Assembly (NCBI GenBank): GCA_963812605.1
Contig: CAWEWF010000006.1
Span: forward strand, 96,001 to 160,000
Direction: 5' to 3'
DNA: 64,000 nt
DNA from: an uncultured Verrucomicrobiae bacterium
Lineage (GTDB): Bacteria; Verrucomicrobiota; Verrucomicrobiia; Palsa-1439
Positions within the stretch are counted from its first letter, which is position 1, and the number at the start of each line of letters is the position of its first letter. Below, one piece after another: positions 39,637 to 49,541 of the stretch. Under the pieces are notes generated by a model. It searched no databases. It had not been told where the DNA came from and saw nothing but the letters and a program-made list of their open reading frames with translations. Position numbers and translations under genes: made by a program.

Positions 39637-40536
39637 TCACCTCACACGCCCGGGAACTTTGATCGCATGCTCTTCCGCAGCGACGTAGCCGTGATAATGA
39701 TCGGCGAACACCTTGGTGAATTCGGCACCGTAAAAAACAATCATGGCCGAGTAAGACACCCAAAGCAAAATAAGAATGACTGAGCCTGCGGCGCCGTAAC
39801 CAGACCCGGGCTCAGCTTTTCCGAAGTACAATCCCAGTCCAAATTTCCCGACTTCAAATAATAATGCCGTAAGAAAAGCGCCGATCCACACATAGCTCCA
39901 TTTTATTTTGGCATCGGGCAGGAGTTTGAACATCAAGGCAAACAAAACCGAAGTAACGGAGTAGGAGATGGCAACATTGACTGCGTGGAACAGAAACATG
40001 ATGTAGGCGGGCCACCGCGCCTCCATCCATTTGCTTAGCGCGGCAAGCGCGGTTGTGACCACCAACGACACCAAAAGTACGAATGCAATTGATAGAATGA
40101 GACCGAATGAGAAGAGGCGAACTTTGACCAGCGTCCAGATACCGGATTTAGAAGGCTCCGCTTTTACCTCCCAAATAATATTAAGCGATTTCTGCAGTTG
40201 AACAAATACACCAGTCGCGCCTACAAGAATAGTCGTAATTCCGATGACGGTGGCCCAGATTGAAGTGGTACCGCTACTGGCTTTCTCGACCATTTCCTGT
40301 ACCTGGTCGGCAACACTATTTCCCATGGCTCCACTGATCTGGCTATGCAAATCACCCATTACGGCATCTCTTCCAAAGAAATATCCAGCGATTGTAATTA
40401 CGAGAATCAGTAGGCCGGGTAATGAGAATATCGCGTAATACGCGATCACGGCGCTTTCCCGAAACGGATCCTTTTGGTTCCATTTCGTAAACGCAGTCCC
40501 AAATAGCTGAGTCGTTTCCTTGAGCTTGGTGATCAA
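39637..40536 (-). CDS. YihY/BrkB family inner membrane protein
   Basis: AYYAIFSLP, LQKSLNIIW, YGAAGS....LLWV.YS....YGAEF. Confidence 0.9.
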   Translation of the reverse strand: MITKLKETTQLFGTAFTKWNQKDPFRESAVIAYYAIFSLPGLLILVITIAGYFFGRDAVMGDLHSQISGAMGNSVADQVQEMVEKASSGTTSIWATVIGITTILVGATGVFVQLQKSLNIIWEVKAEPSKSGIWTLVKVRLFSFGLILSIAFVLLVSLVVTTALAALSKWMEARWPAYIMFLFHAVNVAISYSVTSVLFALMFKLLPDAKIKWSYVWIGAFLTALLFEVGKFGLGLYFGKAEPGSGYGAAGSVILILLWVSYSAMIVFYGAEFTKVFADHYHGYVAAEEHAIKVPGRVR

Positions 40537-40589
40537 CAGTGAGTAAAGGTGTGATTGTTGCTAGAAGGAATCAGACCTGACGACCACCA

Positions 40590-41396
40590 TTACGCAGCCT
40601 TTTTCGCCCGTTTGCCGGATTTCTGCGATTCCCTTACGCTTTGCCGCAAGACTTCCACCAAATCAATAATCTTCGTGTTCTTTGGTTTCTTCTCCGCAAT
40701 CGGTTCAATTGACTTGCCGCCTTTGCGGGCCTTGTTACGGATCAATTTCAGAAGCGCATCGCGATAATCGTCGGTGTATTCCTCGGGTTTCCAAGCGGTC
40801 GTCATGTTTTTAATTAACTCTCCAGCGATGGCGACTTCCTGGGAGGATGGGCTCACCTTCGCTGGCGCCCGCAATTCATCCGGGCTTAGCAATTCATCGG
40901 CAAAATGCATCAGTTCCAATACCAGGAGTTCAGCACGCGGCTTAACCGCAGCCAAATACTGGCGAGTTTTGATCACCACTTTCGCGATGCCAACTTTTTG
41001 GCTTTTTGCCAGAGCTTCCCGTAGCAGGGCATAGGCTTTGTCTCCCCCCTTTTGTGGCTCCATGTAATACGGCTTTTGGAAAAACATGGGATTGATCTCT
41101 TCGACGGGCACAAAGTGAATGATGTCGACGGTTTGCGTTGCTTCGATATCGACTCTTTTGAAATCCTCCTCCTGCAGCACTACGAATTTATCCTTTTCGT
41201 ATTCGTAGCCTTTGACGATCTGTTCCCAAGGAACCTCTTTACCGTCTTTTTCTGCGACGCGCTTATAATTGACCGGACTCAGATCTGATTTGCGAAGTAG
41301 GCGAAATGAAAGTTCTTCTTCTTTGGTTGCGCGAAAAAGAGCAACCGGGATGCTCACCAGTCCAAAGCTAATAGTGCCTTTCCAAACGGATCGCAT
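40590..41396 (-). CDS. ku: Non-homologous end-joining protein Ku
   Basis: MRSVWKGTISFGLVSIPV, IVKGYEY, PYY, AYALLREAL, Y.DDYR. Confidence 0.95.
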   Translation of the reverse strand: MRSVWKGTISFGLVSIPVALFRATKEEELSFRLLRKSDLSPVNYKRVAEKDGKEVPWEQIVKGYEYEKDKFVVLQEEDFKRVDIEATQTVDIIHFVPVEEINPMFFQKPYYMEPQKGGDKAYALLREALAKSQKVGIAKVVIKTRQYLAAVKPRAELLVLELMHFADELLSPDELRAPAKVSPSSQEVAIAGELIKNMTTAWKPEEYTDDYRDALLKLIRNKARKGGKSIEPIAEKKPKNTKIIDLVEVLRQSVRESQKSGKRAKKAA

Positions 41397-41476
41397 ATTT
41401 CCCCCCAGATTAAGGCCGGTACGGCTGTGCAGGACGGCTCACTCTGGAAGCGAGCCGTCCTCAGGTCTTGGTCGAG

Positions 41477-41746
41477 TTAGGACCGCTTGTGCTTCGAATC
41501 GTGGCCGGCATCCTTGCCGGAATCGAAAACCGCCGCGAGTTCGGATTTCCGGTCATGGATGAATTCCTGGGCGGTCTCAATGGTTTCTTGAGTCTTCTCT
41601 TTCAGCTGCTTGCCTTTTTTCGCCAGCAGTTTGCGCGTTTCAACACCCGATTGCGGCGCGTACAGCAACGCTACGACAGCTCCCGCTGCCGCACCCATCA
41701 AAAAAATACTCACGCTACTTCGCTGGATTGCCTTTTCTTCACTCAT
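41477..41746 (-). CDS. YtxH-domain protein
   Basis: FLMGAAAGAVVALLYAPQSG.ETR. Confidence 0.88.
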   Translation of the reverse strand: MSEEKAIQRSSVSIFLMGAAAGAVVALLYAPQSGVETRKLLAKKGKQLKEKTQETIETAQEFIHDRKSELAAVFDSGKDAGHDSKHKRS

Positions 41747-41816
41747 TTTCGAATTCTCCTTTTCTTTTGTTCAAATGGCCGGTCCGTCATATTCATGGCC
41801 CTTGCATTTGAAACCA

Positions 41817-41957
41817 TTATTTACCGAACATTTTGGCTACGATGAAAATAAGAATTGCGCCGCCGAGACCGCCTCCGAACAAAAGGTAAATGAGTGAATA
41901 GCCAGCGGCGGCAATGACCGGCGTAAATAATCCGAGTATCATGTTTTTGCCCTCCAT
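41817..41957 (-). CDS. Small hydrophobic protein (46 aa)
   Basis: YSLIYLLFGGGLGGAILIFIVAKMFGK; below the ORF-track length cutoff. Confidence 0.5.
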   Translation of the reverse strand: MEGKNMILGLFTPVIAAAGYSLIYLLFGGGLGGAILIFIVAKMFGK

Positions 41958-42237
41958 GCTGATCGTTGCGGGTTCGTAAACACGCTCTAATGTTCACTAT
42001 TCACAAGAAGTCCGCAATCGGCCCTTGAACTGTTTCTCGCCTAAGAATCTTTCCTAAATCGCACCTCCACATCCAAAGCCCTAAAACGCGTTGTTAGGCT
42101 GCGCTATTTGGCCCGGCACTAGGATTCAGACCGTAGCCGAATTCGGCGCTTCGTCTAATGACGGGCTGCTCTCGATTGATTACTATTCGTTCATGATCTT
42201 GTTACAGGATGAGACCACCGGGAAAACCAGCCTAGCG

Positions 42238-43257
42238 ATGTCTTCATCAACTCAATGCTTAATCACCGGTGGCACTGGCTTCATTGGGCGTCATGTAGTG
42301 TATGGGCTACTCTCCCGGGGGGTGCCGGTGCGTGTGTTTTGCCGCACGCCGAAAAAAGCGCGACGGTTATTCGGAGACCAGGTCGTCCTTGCGCGCGGGG
42401 ATCTGCGCGACCGCAACAGCGTCGAACGGGCCATGACAGGTTGCGATTATGTGATTCACCTGGGCGCAACCTTTCAGTTTGGACGCAGGACGCGAGAGGA
42501 AAATGAGTTAACAAACATTTCTGGTACGCGATACCTGTTGGAAGCCGCGGAGAGAAACAGTATCCGGCGCTTTGTGCATATAAGTTCCTGCGGTTTATTG
42601 GAGGGCAGCAGCGACTTGCTGACCGAGTGCGATTTTCCGGCGGATGTTGACTTTCGAGAATCGTACCGTTACTCGAAGTGGCGAGCCGAAATACTTGCGG
42701 TAGAGGCCGCCCATCGCGGATTGCCGCTGACGATTGCTAGTCCTACAAGTCCACTCGGGGCCGGAGACGAGGCGCCGACGCCAACGGGTCGAATCGTGCG
42801 GGATTACTTACGGAACCGGTTCCCTTTCAGCGCCCGTGTGGGGTTGAACTTTATTCATGTAAAGGATTTAGCGGATGGAATCGTGGCGGTTGCCGAACGC
42901 GGTCGAACGGGTGAAAGGTACTTACTCGGCCATCACAATGTGTGGCTTGACGATTTCCTTGAGGTTTTGTCTCGACTAGCTCGACGCCCGGCTTCACGAC
43001 TGGTCTTGCCACAATCCGTAATCACACTGGCCGGACGGATAGGCGAGGTAATCGGAAGTGAATGGATCTGCCGGGAGACCTCGGCCCATGCCCGTCGACG
43101 GCAGTGGTTTGACTTTACGAAAGCGGAGCGAGAGTTGGGTTGGTGGGCGCGCACGCCATTGGAAACGATCGCCTTTGATTCCATCCAGTGGTTCCATGAA
43201 ACGCCAATTCCTAACCCGAATCTCTTGCTCGCGAAATCCAAGGTCTCGGCATCTTGA
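42238..43257 (+). CDS. NAD-dependent epimerase/dehydratase (HpnA-like)
   Basis: ITGGTGFIG, Y..SK, G.GD..PTPTG. Confidence 0.85.
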   Translation: MSSSTQCLITGGTGFIGRHVVYGLLSRGVPVRVFCRTPKKARRLFGDQVVLARGDLRDRNSVERAMTGCDYVIHLGATFQFGRRTREENELTNISGTRYLLEAAERNSIRRFVHISSCGLLEGSSDLLTECDFPADVDFRESYRYSKWRAEILAVEAAHRGLPLTIASPTSPLGAGDEAPTPTGRIVRDYLRNRFPFSARVGLNFIHVKDLADGIVAVAERGRTGERYLLGHHNVWLDDFLEVLSRLARRPASRLVLPQSVITLAGRIGEVIGSEWICRETSAHARRRQWFDFTKAERELGWWARTPLETIAFDSIQWFHETPIPNPNLLLAKSKVSAS

Positions 43258-43296
43258 ATTGTTGTTAAAAACTTCATGGCTACTTTTCCGAAATCA

Positions 43297-43647
43297 TTAA
43301 CCCGACCATCGGCGCTGAAGCCTCACGATCATTTCATGCGGGACCGTTGTTTTTGGAGAATGTCCTGCGGAAGTTGTTCGCTGCATCAACTCTGTCAGGA
43401 CCTCATGTATCCCCCGCTCCCTATCAAGTTTGGGGTATAGGTCGGACAGACTGATATTGAATACCCTGACGAAGTATAAAAGTTCGTAATCGTCCACATG
43501 CACCAGCCGAGATTCGATCTTCGCTACGCTTACACGATCAATATCCCAGCCCAATAGCTGCAACTTCGTCGAGAGTGTGTTCTGAGACCACTGACGTGTG
43601 TATCGCAACTTTCGCACCTGCGGCCCGATCATGTTCAGATACTTCAT
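43297..43647 (-). CDS. XRE-family HTH regulator
   Basis: NMIGPQVRKLR..WSQ..L..KLQ..GW..DR..VAKIE. Confidence 0.8.
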   Translation of the reverse strand: MKYLNMIGPQVRKLRYTRQWSQNTLSTKLQLLGWDIDRVSVAKIESRLVHVDDYELLYFVRVFNISLSDLYPKLDRERGIHEVLTELMQRTTSAGHSPKTTVPHEMIVRLQRRWSG

Positions 43648-43978
43648 TTATTCGGCTCTCTCTTACCAAATTGGAATTGGAATGGGTGCCCGAGTAATCG
43701 GATTTGTCGTGAGAATACGATGAGGGTTGCGGCAGTCAGGCGGGAATAGGCCACCGGAACCGCCAACGGCCGGAGCAGTCCCCAAAATCCGTCAAAGCAA
43801 CCGATGCACAAAGGAGTATTCATCGCGCACCCCTCTTCTAACCCGGCGCGCGGAATTCGTCATGACAGGAAAAGGAAGATTCTCATGTAGGGAAAAGGAA
43901 TAGGCCTGTTGGTCCCAGGTCTCTACAGGCTGCTGTCGGCCATCCGCAAAGCGTGCTCAAACCCAAGCAACAGGTCCG

Positions 43979-44692
43979 TCAGGAAGATGAAGAGGCTTCA
44001 TGCCACCACAAAACAGCCGCCCGAAGAACTGCGGGTGCGGAGTCGACTCCGAGTTTCACCTTGATGCGCTGACGATAAAGCTCAACGGTCTTGTGGTCGA
44101 GCGATAGTTCGTCAGCGATCTCCTTGATATCCAATCCCCGCCCCAGCATCTCGAACACCTGTAATTCACGTGGGCTAAGCCTCCCAAGCGGATGTCGCGC
44201 TTCTACGGTTTCACGCGTTAGCGCGCACCCGGTAAACCACTGCAGCATTCGCGGGCTAAGATAAACTCCGCCATCGAGCACCGTCCGGATAGCGTGAACA
44301 ATGGTGTGCACATCTTGTCCCTTGTTCATATACCCATACGCGCCCAAATCGAAACATAAGGGAGCGTACAATTCTTCGTTGTGAGCGGAATGGACAAATA
44401 GCCGAAGATTCGGATAACGAATGTGTAAATCGCGAATCAGATCCAGCCCGTGGGAATGTTTCAGGGCGATGTCGATAATGACGAGCTTAGGACACAGTTG
44501 CTCAACCAACTCTAGTGCGGGTTGTGCGTCCTCCGCCTCACCACAAACGTTCATGTCCGATTCGCCATTAATCACGAAGCGAAGAGACATTCGCACGCTG
44601 GTATGATCATCGACTACGAACACGCCGCGTTTGTGCGGCTCTACCGTCTCCGCCAGGCGTTCCCGGTCCATAACCGTTGGCCTTTCTCCCAC
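43979..44692 (-). CDS. NarL/LuxR-family response regulator
   Basis: VVDDH receiver plus LSPRELQVF..G....EIA..L....KTV..Y...IK.KL. Confidence 0.9.
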   Translation of the reverse strand: MGERPTVMDRERLAETVEPHKRGVFVVDDHTSVRMSLRFVINGESDMNVCGEAEDAQPALELVEQLCPKLVIIDIALKHSHGLDLIRDLHIRYPNLRLFVHSAHNEELYAPLCFDLGAYGYMNKGQDVHTIVHAIRTVLDGGVYLSPRMLQWFTGCALTRETVEARHPLGRLSPRELQVFEMLGRGLDIKEIADELSLDHKTVELYRQRIKVKLGVDSAPAVLRAAVLWWHEASSSS

Positions 44693-44801
44693 CCGACCTT
44701 GGCCTTGAAGGCCTGTAAGTTACTACGCCGTAAGGCTGTAAGTCCAGACAATTCCGATAAATCTGGGGTTACCAATCCCTCCAAGCTGGTTACCACAACC
44801 C

Positions 44802-45161
44802 TCAAAGTTCGCTTACCTTGATTCTGGCAACGTATGCCTCCTCGTGAATCGCGATCGCAACGTACCGCGCCGGCAGTTCTCGCACCCAATCAACCGCAAG
44901 CTTTTGAAATGCCAGGCCAAGTTCGCGCAAATGCTTTCCGGTGATTTCCACTTCGTGTCCGGCAAAACGAAGATTGAGGACATCATCGTCACCGTGCCGC
45001 TCAAATCCCACGGCGCTAAGATGACCATAGGGAAACAGACGAAAATTGCCGTTTGAGAACTCAACCCTCAGCGACAGGGCTCGCGTGTCCTTGTTCCAAC
45101 TAACGTAATTTTTACTGACGGTTTCAGTAGCGGGGCGGTCGTCAACTTGGTTGGTTTTCAT
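44802..45161 (-). CDS. Hypothetical protein downstream of the relaxase
   Basis: 119-aa ORF with GAGG RBS, co-oriented with the relaxase. Confidence 0.6.
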   Translation of the reverse strand: MKTNQVDDRPATETVSKNYVSWNKDTRALSLRVEFSNGNFRLFPYGHLSAVGFERHGDDDVLNLRFAGHEVEITGKHLRELGLAFQKLAVDWVRELPARYVAIAIHEEAYVARIKVSEL

Positions 45162-45272
45162 GGCTTCACCTCGACAGTCCGGGACTGATGAATGTCCCGT
45201 TCCCTTCTGGTCGCGATGAGCTCGCGTATCCGGTGACTCATGGCCTCCGCCAGGACTCGCGGTCGGGGACAA

Positions 45273-47975
45273 CTACGACAAATTCCATGGAATTCCGAGC
45301 CTTTGGACAAATTGCTTGTTCGCCAGCTCCATAGCCAAAGTGCGGTCACCCGTAAGGAGAATGTTCTCGCGGAGTTGCTCTTTGTCGCTGGTGAAAATCT
45401 TGATACCCCGGCGTCCCCGGGAAATCGTGACATACCACTGTTGCCGGTTCGTGGCCGGTTTGATGGCCGAGTCTGAAAAGAGGACGAAATCGACTGTTTT
45501 ACCTTGGGACGCATACGACGTGATGGCAAAACCGCGCACGAACTGCCGGTAATTCCGACCGAGAATCCGTCCGTCCTGGAGCTTGACGCGGCCATCCGCC
45601 AGTACTTTATCAAGCGTAACCAGTTCCCCGTTCGCGATACGTTGGCCTTCGCCGGTCCTGCCATTGGCTTTCAGTTGCAGTCGGTCTCCGGCAGCCAGCG
45701 CCAATTCTCTGGGCTGACAGACCGTCAGACGATCCAGGAATTTGAAGGGGACCGTCCGCACGGTGTTGGCAGCTTCCAAAACCAAACCGTTGCGGGTGAT
45801 GGCCACCAGCCGGCCTGTTTGACCTTTCTTGAAGCCGGCCGCATTGCGATTGAGCACGATTATGGTGTCGTCTCTGTAAAAGCGGCGATCACGCTTTTGC
45901 GCGTCCGTGAGGTCAACCGGCTCCAGCGCGGTCACTATCTGCTCATACGTGGCGATGAAGCCACGGGATTTCAGGGCCAAGCGCACGCGGTCATTCACTT
46001 TGTGGATTTCCGACCAGGTTTGCGAAACCACCACCACCGTCTGACGTTCTTCTGCAAGCGTCAGGTAATGCTCAGCAAGACGTTCCTGTTGGTCGAGTAA
46101 TGTGCAGGTGACAATTGCCCCTTGCTGATCCAAGCGGCGGAATGATTTGCTCAGTTTCCCTTCGGCAGCTTCTTTCACAGCTTGTCGGTATTGCTCAATC
46201 TGCCGTCGTTCCGCTCTCGTCTTGGCGCGAGCGGGATCTTGGCGGCGAATCTCCGTCAGTTCCGCTGCTCTCAGCCCCGAATACTTCTCAATGGCTCGCA
46301 GTGCATCGGACGCTTCCACCGCTCCGTGTTGACGCGTGTCCCCGGACAGAATTACACGGCCAGCATTATCGCTGACGTACTGGAGAAGTTGTTGCATTTG
46401 CTTCGCCCCAAGCTGACCGGCTTCATCCACAATGACGACCGTGCCGCGGATCAGTGACTGTTTCGTGAGAAACTCACTCACCGTCTGAGCGCCCTCCAAT
46501 CCATCGCGCTGTAGGTCGATGACTTGCTGGCGTTGCGGCGCGATCACCTGGATTGTGTGCCCCGCTGTCTGTAATGCGGCTCCCACCCCTCGCAGCACGA
46601 AACTCTTCCCAGTGCCGGCACCGCCGCGAAATAGAGTGACGAAGTCCCCCGAATTCAGGATGCGTTCGACTGCTTGCCGCTGATCCCGGTCAATCCGGGG
46701 ATTCGTGTGGGAAGAAACTGCGCATAGTGGATCGAACTGTCCGATTAGGTCCTTCGCCATGCACACGATGTCCCATTCGCGCTGCAACGTTTGGAAGGTC
46801 GTGACTTGGTGCGGGCTCCCCTTATTGCGGATGTAGTCCCGTTTCTGCGTAATTGCCTGCAATTCTCCAATCTCGATATTTTGGCCGCGCGCATACTCCA
46901 ACGCATGGCGCCAAAGTTCATGCTCAAGAACAACCGAGCGACGGTCGAACAAGTGTTCCTCCGCCCACATGACAGCGGACAAGGCATCGCTTCTGATTCG
47001 CCGGTCCTGTTTCGGCGACTCACTCTTTAGATCAACCAGGGACTGCTTTTCCGTGGCAGAGATTTGGTTATCCCAGTGGCATCGTAAATCCTCCAGTCGA
47101 ATCCCTTTGATTTTGCGCAGCCGTTCGCTTTGGGCAATGCCTTCGCGAATGTCCTTCACATTGCCATCGCGCAGATGCGGTTTCTTCGTCAGTAACGCCT
47201 GCGTCTTTTCATCAATCTCCTGATGGCGCTTCGAGAACCGCTGGCAGAGTTCCTGGGAGAGACCCTTGATCTCGAAGTCGCCACGTCGATGGTTGTCCAA
47301 TTCGTATCCGAATTCCCCAAGTTCTCGCGCCAGCGCATGATAATAGACGTTCTCGACGTATTTCCGTGCCCGCAACATTTCGAAGTTTTGTAACGCCTTC
47401 CAACGGTTTTCTTCCGGATCGAATGTGGCGTTGAATAGGATGCAATGGCTGTGCAGGTGTGGGTCTAAAGCCCGCGAGGTGTCATGTTGAAAGACAGCGC
47501 AGACGATATTCGCCGTGGTTCGGTCAGACAAACTCCCCTCAGCGTGTACCCGCGTGGTAGCGAATTGCTCCAACTCTCCGAGTGCCGCCACGACGGCACG
47601 GTTGTGGGCCTCGACAATGCGGGAGTCGCGTCCGACTAATGCGGCAATCGAAACCGATTTGGGAGGCGAAAAGGTGAAATCATAGAAAACGCGGCGATTC
47701 GCCACCTCGCACGTCTTGCCGTCCTCATTGACCTCGTTTCGGGTGGTCTTGATCCGTTGCGTTAATCGCTTGCCCGTGCGGGGATCGAGGTTGTCGCAAA
47801 GCTGGAGGAACTCGTCGCGCCTCACCGTTCCCGCGATCTGGAGAGACTCCGCGCCTTTGCCGAACCACTGTCCAGCAATGGATTGTCCTTCGCTGTAATA
47901 GTCGCCCGCACCCAGGTGTTCTTCGAAGTACTCTTTGGCATTCGCCAGACGGTACTGCGTTTTGGGTGACAGCAT
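45273..47975 (-). CDS. MOBF relaxase-helicase (TrwC/TraI-like)
   Basis: EYF..GDYY tyrosines, DFTFSPPKSVS, HDTSR..DPHLHSH (HUH), GGAGTGKS, DEAG, GD.RQ, SQG.T, SRGR. Confidence 0.93.
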   Translation of the reverse strand: MLSPKTQYRLANAKEYFEEHLGAGDYYSEGQSIAGQWFGKGAESLQIAGTVRRDEFLQLCDNLDPRTGKRLTQRIKTTRNEVNEDGKTCEVANRRVFYDFTFSPPKSVSIAALVGRDSRIVEAHNRAVVAALGELEQFATTRVHAEGSLSDRTTANIVCAVFQHDTSRALDPHLHSHCILFNATFDPEENRWKALQNFEMLRARKYVENVYYHALARELGEFGYELDNHRRGDFEIKGLSQELCQRFSKRHQEIDEKTQALLTKKPHLRDGNVKDIREGIAQSERLRKIKGIRLEDLRCHWDNQISATEKQSLVDLKSESPKQDRRIRSDALSAVMWAEEHLFDRRSVVLEHELWRHALEYARGQNIEIGELQAITQKRDYIRNKGSPHQVTTFQTLQREWDIVCMAKDLIGQFDPLCAVSSHTNPRIDRDQRQAVERILNSGDFVTLFRGGAGTGKSFVLRGVGAALQTAGHTIQVIAPQRQQVIDLQRDGLEGAQTVSEFLTKQSLIRGTVVIVDEAGQLGAKQMQQLLQYVSDNAGRVILSGDTRQHGAVEASDALRAIEKYSGLRAAELTEIRRQDPARAKTRAERRQIEQYRQAVKEAAEGKLSKSFRRLDQQGAIVTCTLLDQQERLAEHYLTLAEERQTVVVVSQTWSEIHKVNDRVRLALKSRGFIATYEQIVTALEPVDLTDAQKRDRRFYRDDTIIVLNRNAAGFKKGQTGRLVAITRNGLVLEAANTVRTVPFKFLDRLTVCQPRELALAAGDRLQLKANGRTGEGQRIANGELVTLDKVLADGRVKLQDGRILGRNYRQFVRGFAITSYASQGKTVDFVLFSDSAIKPATNRQQWYVTISRGRRGIKIFTSDKEQLRENILLTGDRTLAMELANKQFVQRLGIPWNLS

Positions 47976-48007
47976 CGAACACACATACCGCTATTCGCAG
48001 GAAATTG

Positions 48008-48025
48008 TGTTCCCAAACGGGAACA
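48008..48025 (+). promoter_or_regulatory. ICE core box copy 2
   Basis: TGTTCCCAAACGGGAACA in the divergent relaxase/mob intergenic region. Confidence 0.75.
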
Positions 48026-48039
48026 ACTTGTCTTGTGGA

Positions 48040-48112
48040 ATGCGCTTTACTACAGCGCATGGAAAGATGGCACGCCCGACCTCTAACTCGCGTTAGAAGG
48101 CTGTGTACCACC
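48040..48112. other. Candidate oriT
   Basis: Two inverted repeats (ATGCGCT/AGCGCAT; CTAAC/GTTAG) followed by GGCTGTGT, next to the relaxase start. Confidence 0.4.
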
Positions 48113-48133
48113 GGATGACAATTTGATGCGCCA

Positions 48134-48487
48134 ATGAATGAACCGTCCACGTCCGATCCAATGAGCCACCGGTTTGCCGAGGCGGTGCGAAACTATGCTC
48201 CGACCGTGCCACGGAAGCAGCAAAAGCTCCTCACGCTCAAGTCGGGGATTGCCGAGCTTCGGCGCAAGGGCGCGTCGTACAAGACCATCACGGACATTTT
48301 GCGTGCCGCGGATGTGCCAGTTTCGCGCACGACTGTATCGCGGTTTTGCCGGGACGTTCTGCAGTCGGCCCATCCACGGAAGCGGCGCCGTCCCGCTTCC
48401 CGAAGCTCACCAACTCAACCATTGCACACTTCCGTGCCGCCCGTGAGCACCGGCGGGCCGCGAATCGCAGACCCCCGGACCATCTAG
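48134..48487 (+). CDS. Small HTH protein, possible relaxosome accessory
   Basis: IAELRRKGASYKTI..IL....V.VS.TTV.RFC. Confidence 0.65.
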   Translation: MNEPSTSDPMSHRFAEAVRNYAPTVPRKQQKLLTLKSGIAELRRKGASYKTITDILRAADVPVSRTTVSRFCRDVLQSAHPRKRRRPASRSSPTQPLHTSVPPVSTGGPRIADPRTI

Positions 48488-48489
48488 CC

Positions 48490-49182
48490 ATGCAAAGGCA
48501 GCTAAACCTGATTCTTAACGGAAAGGGCGGCGTCGGTAAGAGTTTCTTTGCGGTCAACTTTATCCAATACCTCAAGGACCAACAACTCAAGCATGTTGCC
48601 ATTGATACCGACAACGAGAACTCGACCCTGAAGCGCTTCCACCCGGAGGCTCGATTCGTGAATCTGGAGAAGTCACGGGAAATCGACGAACTCGTTGCCG
48701 CCGTCGAAACCGCGCCGCTGGTGGTGGTCGATTGCCGGGCCGCGTCGACGGAACTGTTTCTGACCTATTTCACCGAATTGGCCGTCTTCGATGTCCTCAA
48801 AAGTATGGACGCGGTTCTGACAGTTGTATCACCTATCAATCATGATCTGGACAGCGTGGAGCAGGTTCGGTTCATCGCGAACTCATTCAACAGCCGCTGC
48901 CGGTATCTGATGGTGAAAAACCGCGCTTTTACCGAACAATTTGCCATTTACGACGCCAGTGAGACTCGGAAGCAACTGTTGAATGATTTGGTCGCGAAAG
49001 AAATGACCATTCCAAAGCTCCAAGACTGGTTGGTTGCCGCGTTGCACCAGTACAATCTCGCCGTCGGCCAAGCGGCTCAGGACGTAAGGTTCACCCTCAT
49101 GGATCGCCAGAGGCTGAAGAACTGGCAACGGCAGTTCGCCGGGGAGATCGAATTAGTACACGAGGTGGTTCTGCCGGCATGA
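48490..49182 (+). CDS. ParA/MinD-like ATPase of the mob region
   Basis: NGKGGVGKS deviant Walker A, IDTD..N, VVVD. Confidence 0.8.
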   Translation: MQRQLNLILNGKGGVGKSFFAVNFIQYLKDQQLKHVAIDTDNENSTLKRFHPEARFVNLEKSREIDELVAAVETAPLVVVDCRAASTELFLTYFTELAVFDVLKSMDAVLTVVSPINHDLDSVEQVRFIANSFNSRCRYLMVKNRAFTEQFAIYDASETRKQLLNDLVAKEMTIPKLQDWLVAALHQYNLAVGQAAQDVRFTLMDRQRLKNWQRQFAGEIELVHEVVLPA

Positions 49183-49541
49183 GCACCGAAGACCGAAAGC
49201 TGGCCCTCAAGAATGCCATTCTGGAGTGGCGGAAGAAGTACACGGTGCAAGACGGCGATCCGATGCTGGCCGCCGTGGAATTGTGGGAAATCTACTTCAC
49301 CCACGCCCAACTCAATGGCCCAAAGGAACGGCTGCCGTCATTTGAGGATTTTCGGGACACGATGGAACAGTGCGAACGGTTGAGTGGTGATCTTACAGGA
49401 CGAGCCGCCGAGATCATTGAGGAATTGCGTGCCGTGCCGAAAATCAGGAGCGACCTGAATCGCTTCCCGATGTTCGCGTTGGTATTCACCGCCGCGCTGG
49501 CGCTGCTCGCGGGCATCCTCATCGGGAGGCTAGTGCAGTGA
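49179..49541 (+). CDS. Hypothetical protein with C-terminal TM helix
   Basis: ATGA overlap with the upstream gene. Confidence 0.7.
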   Translation: MSTEDRKLALKNAILEWRKKYTVQDGDPMLAAVELWEIYFTHAQLNGPKERLPSFEDFRDTMEQCERLSGDLTGRAAEIIEELRAVPKIRSDLNRFPMFALVFTAALALLAGILIGRLVQ

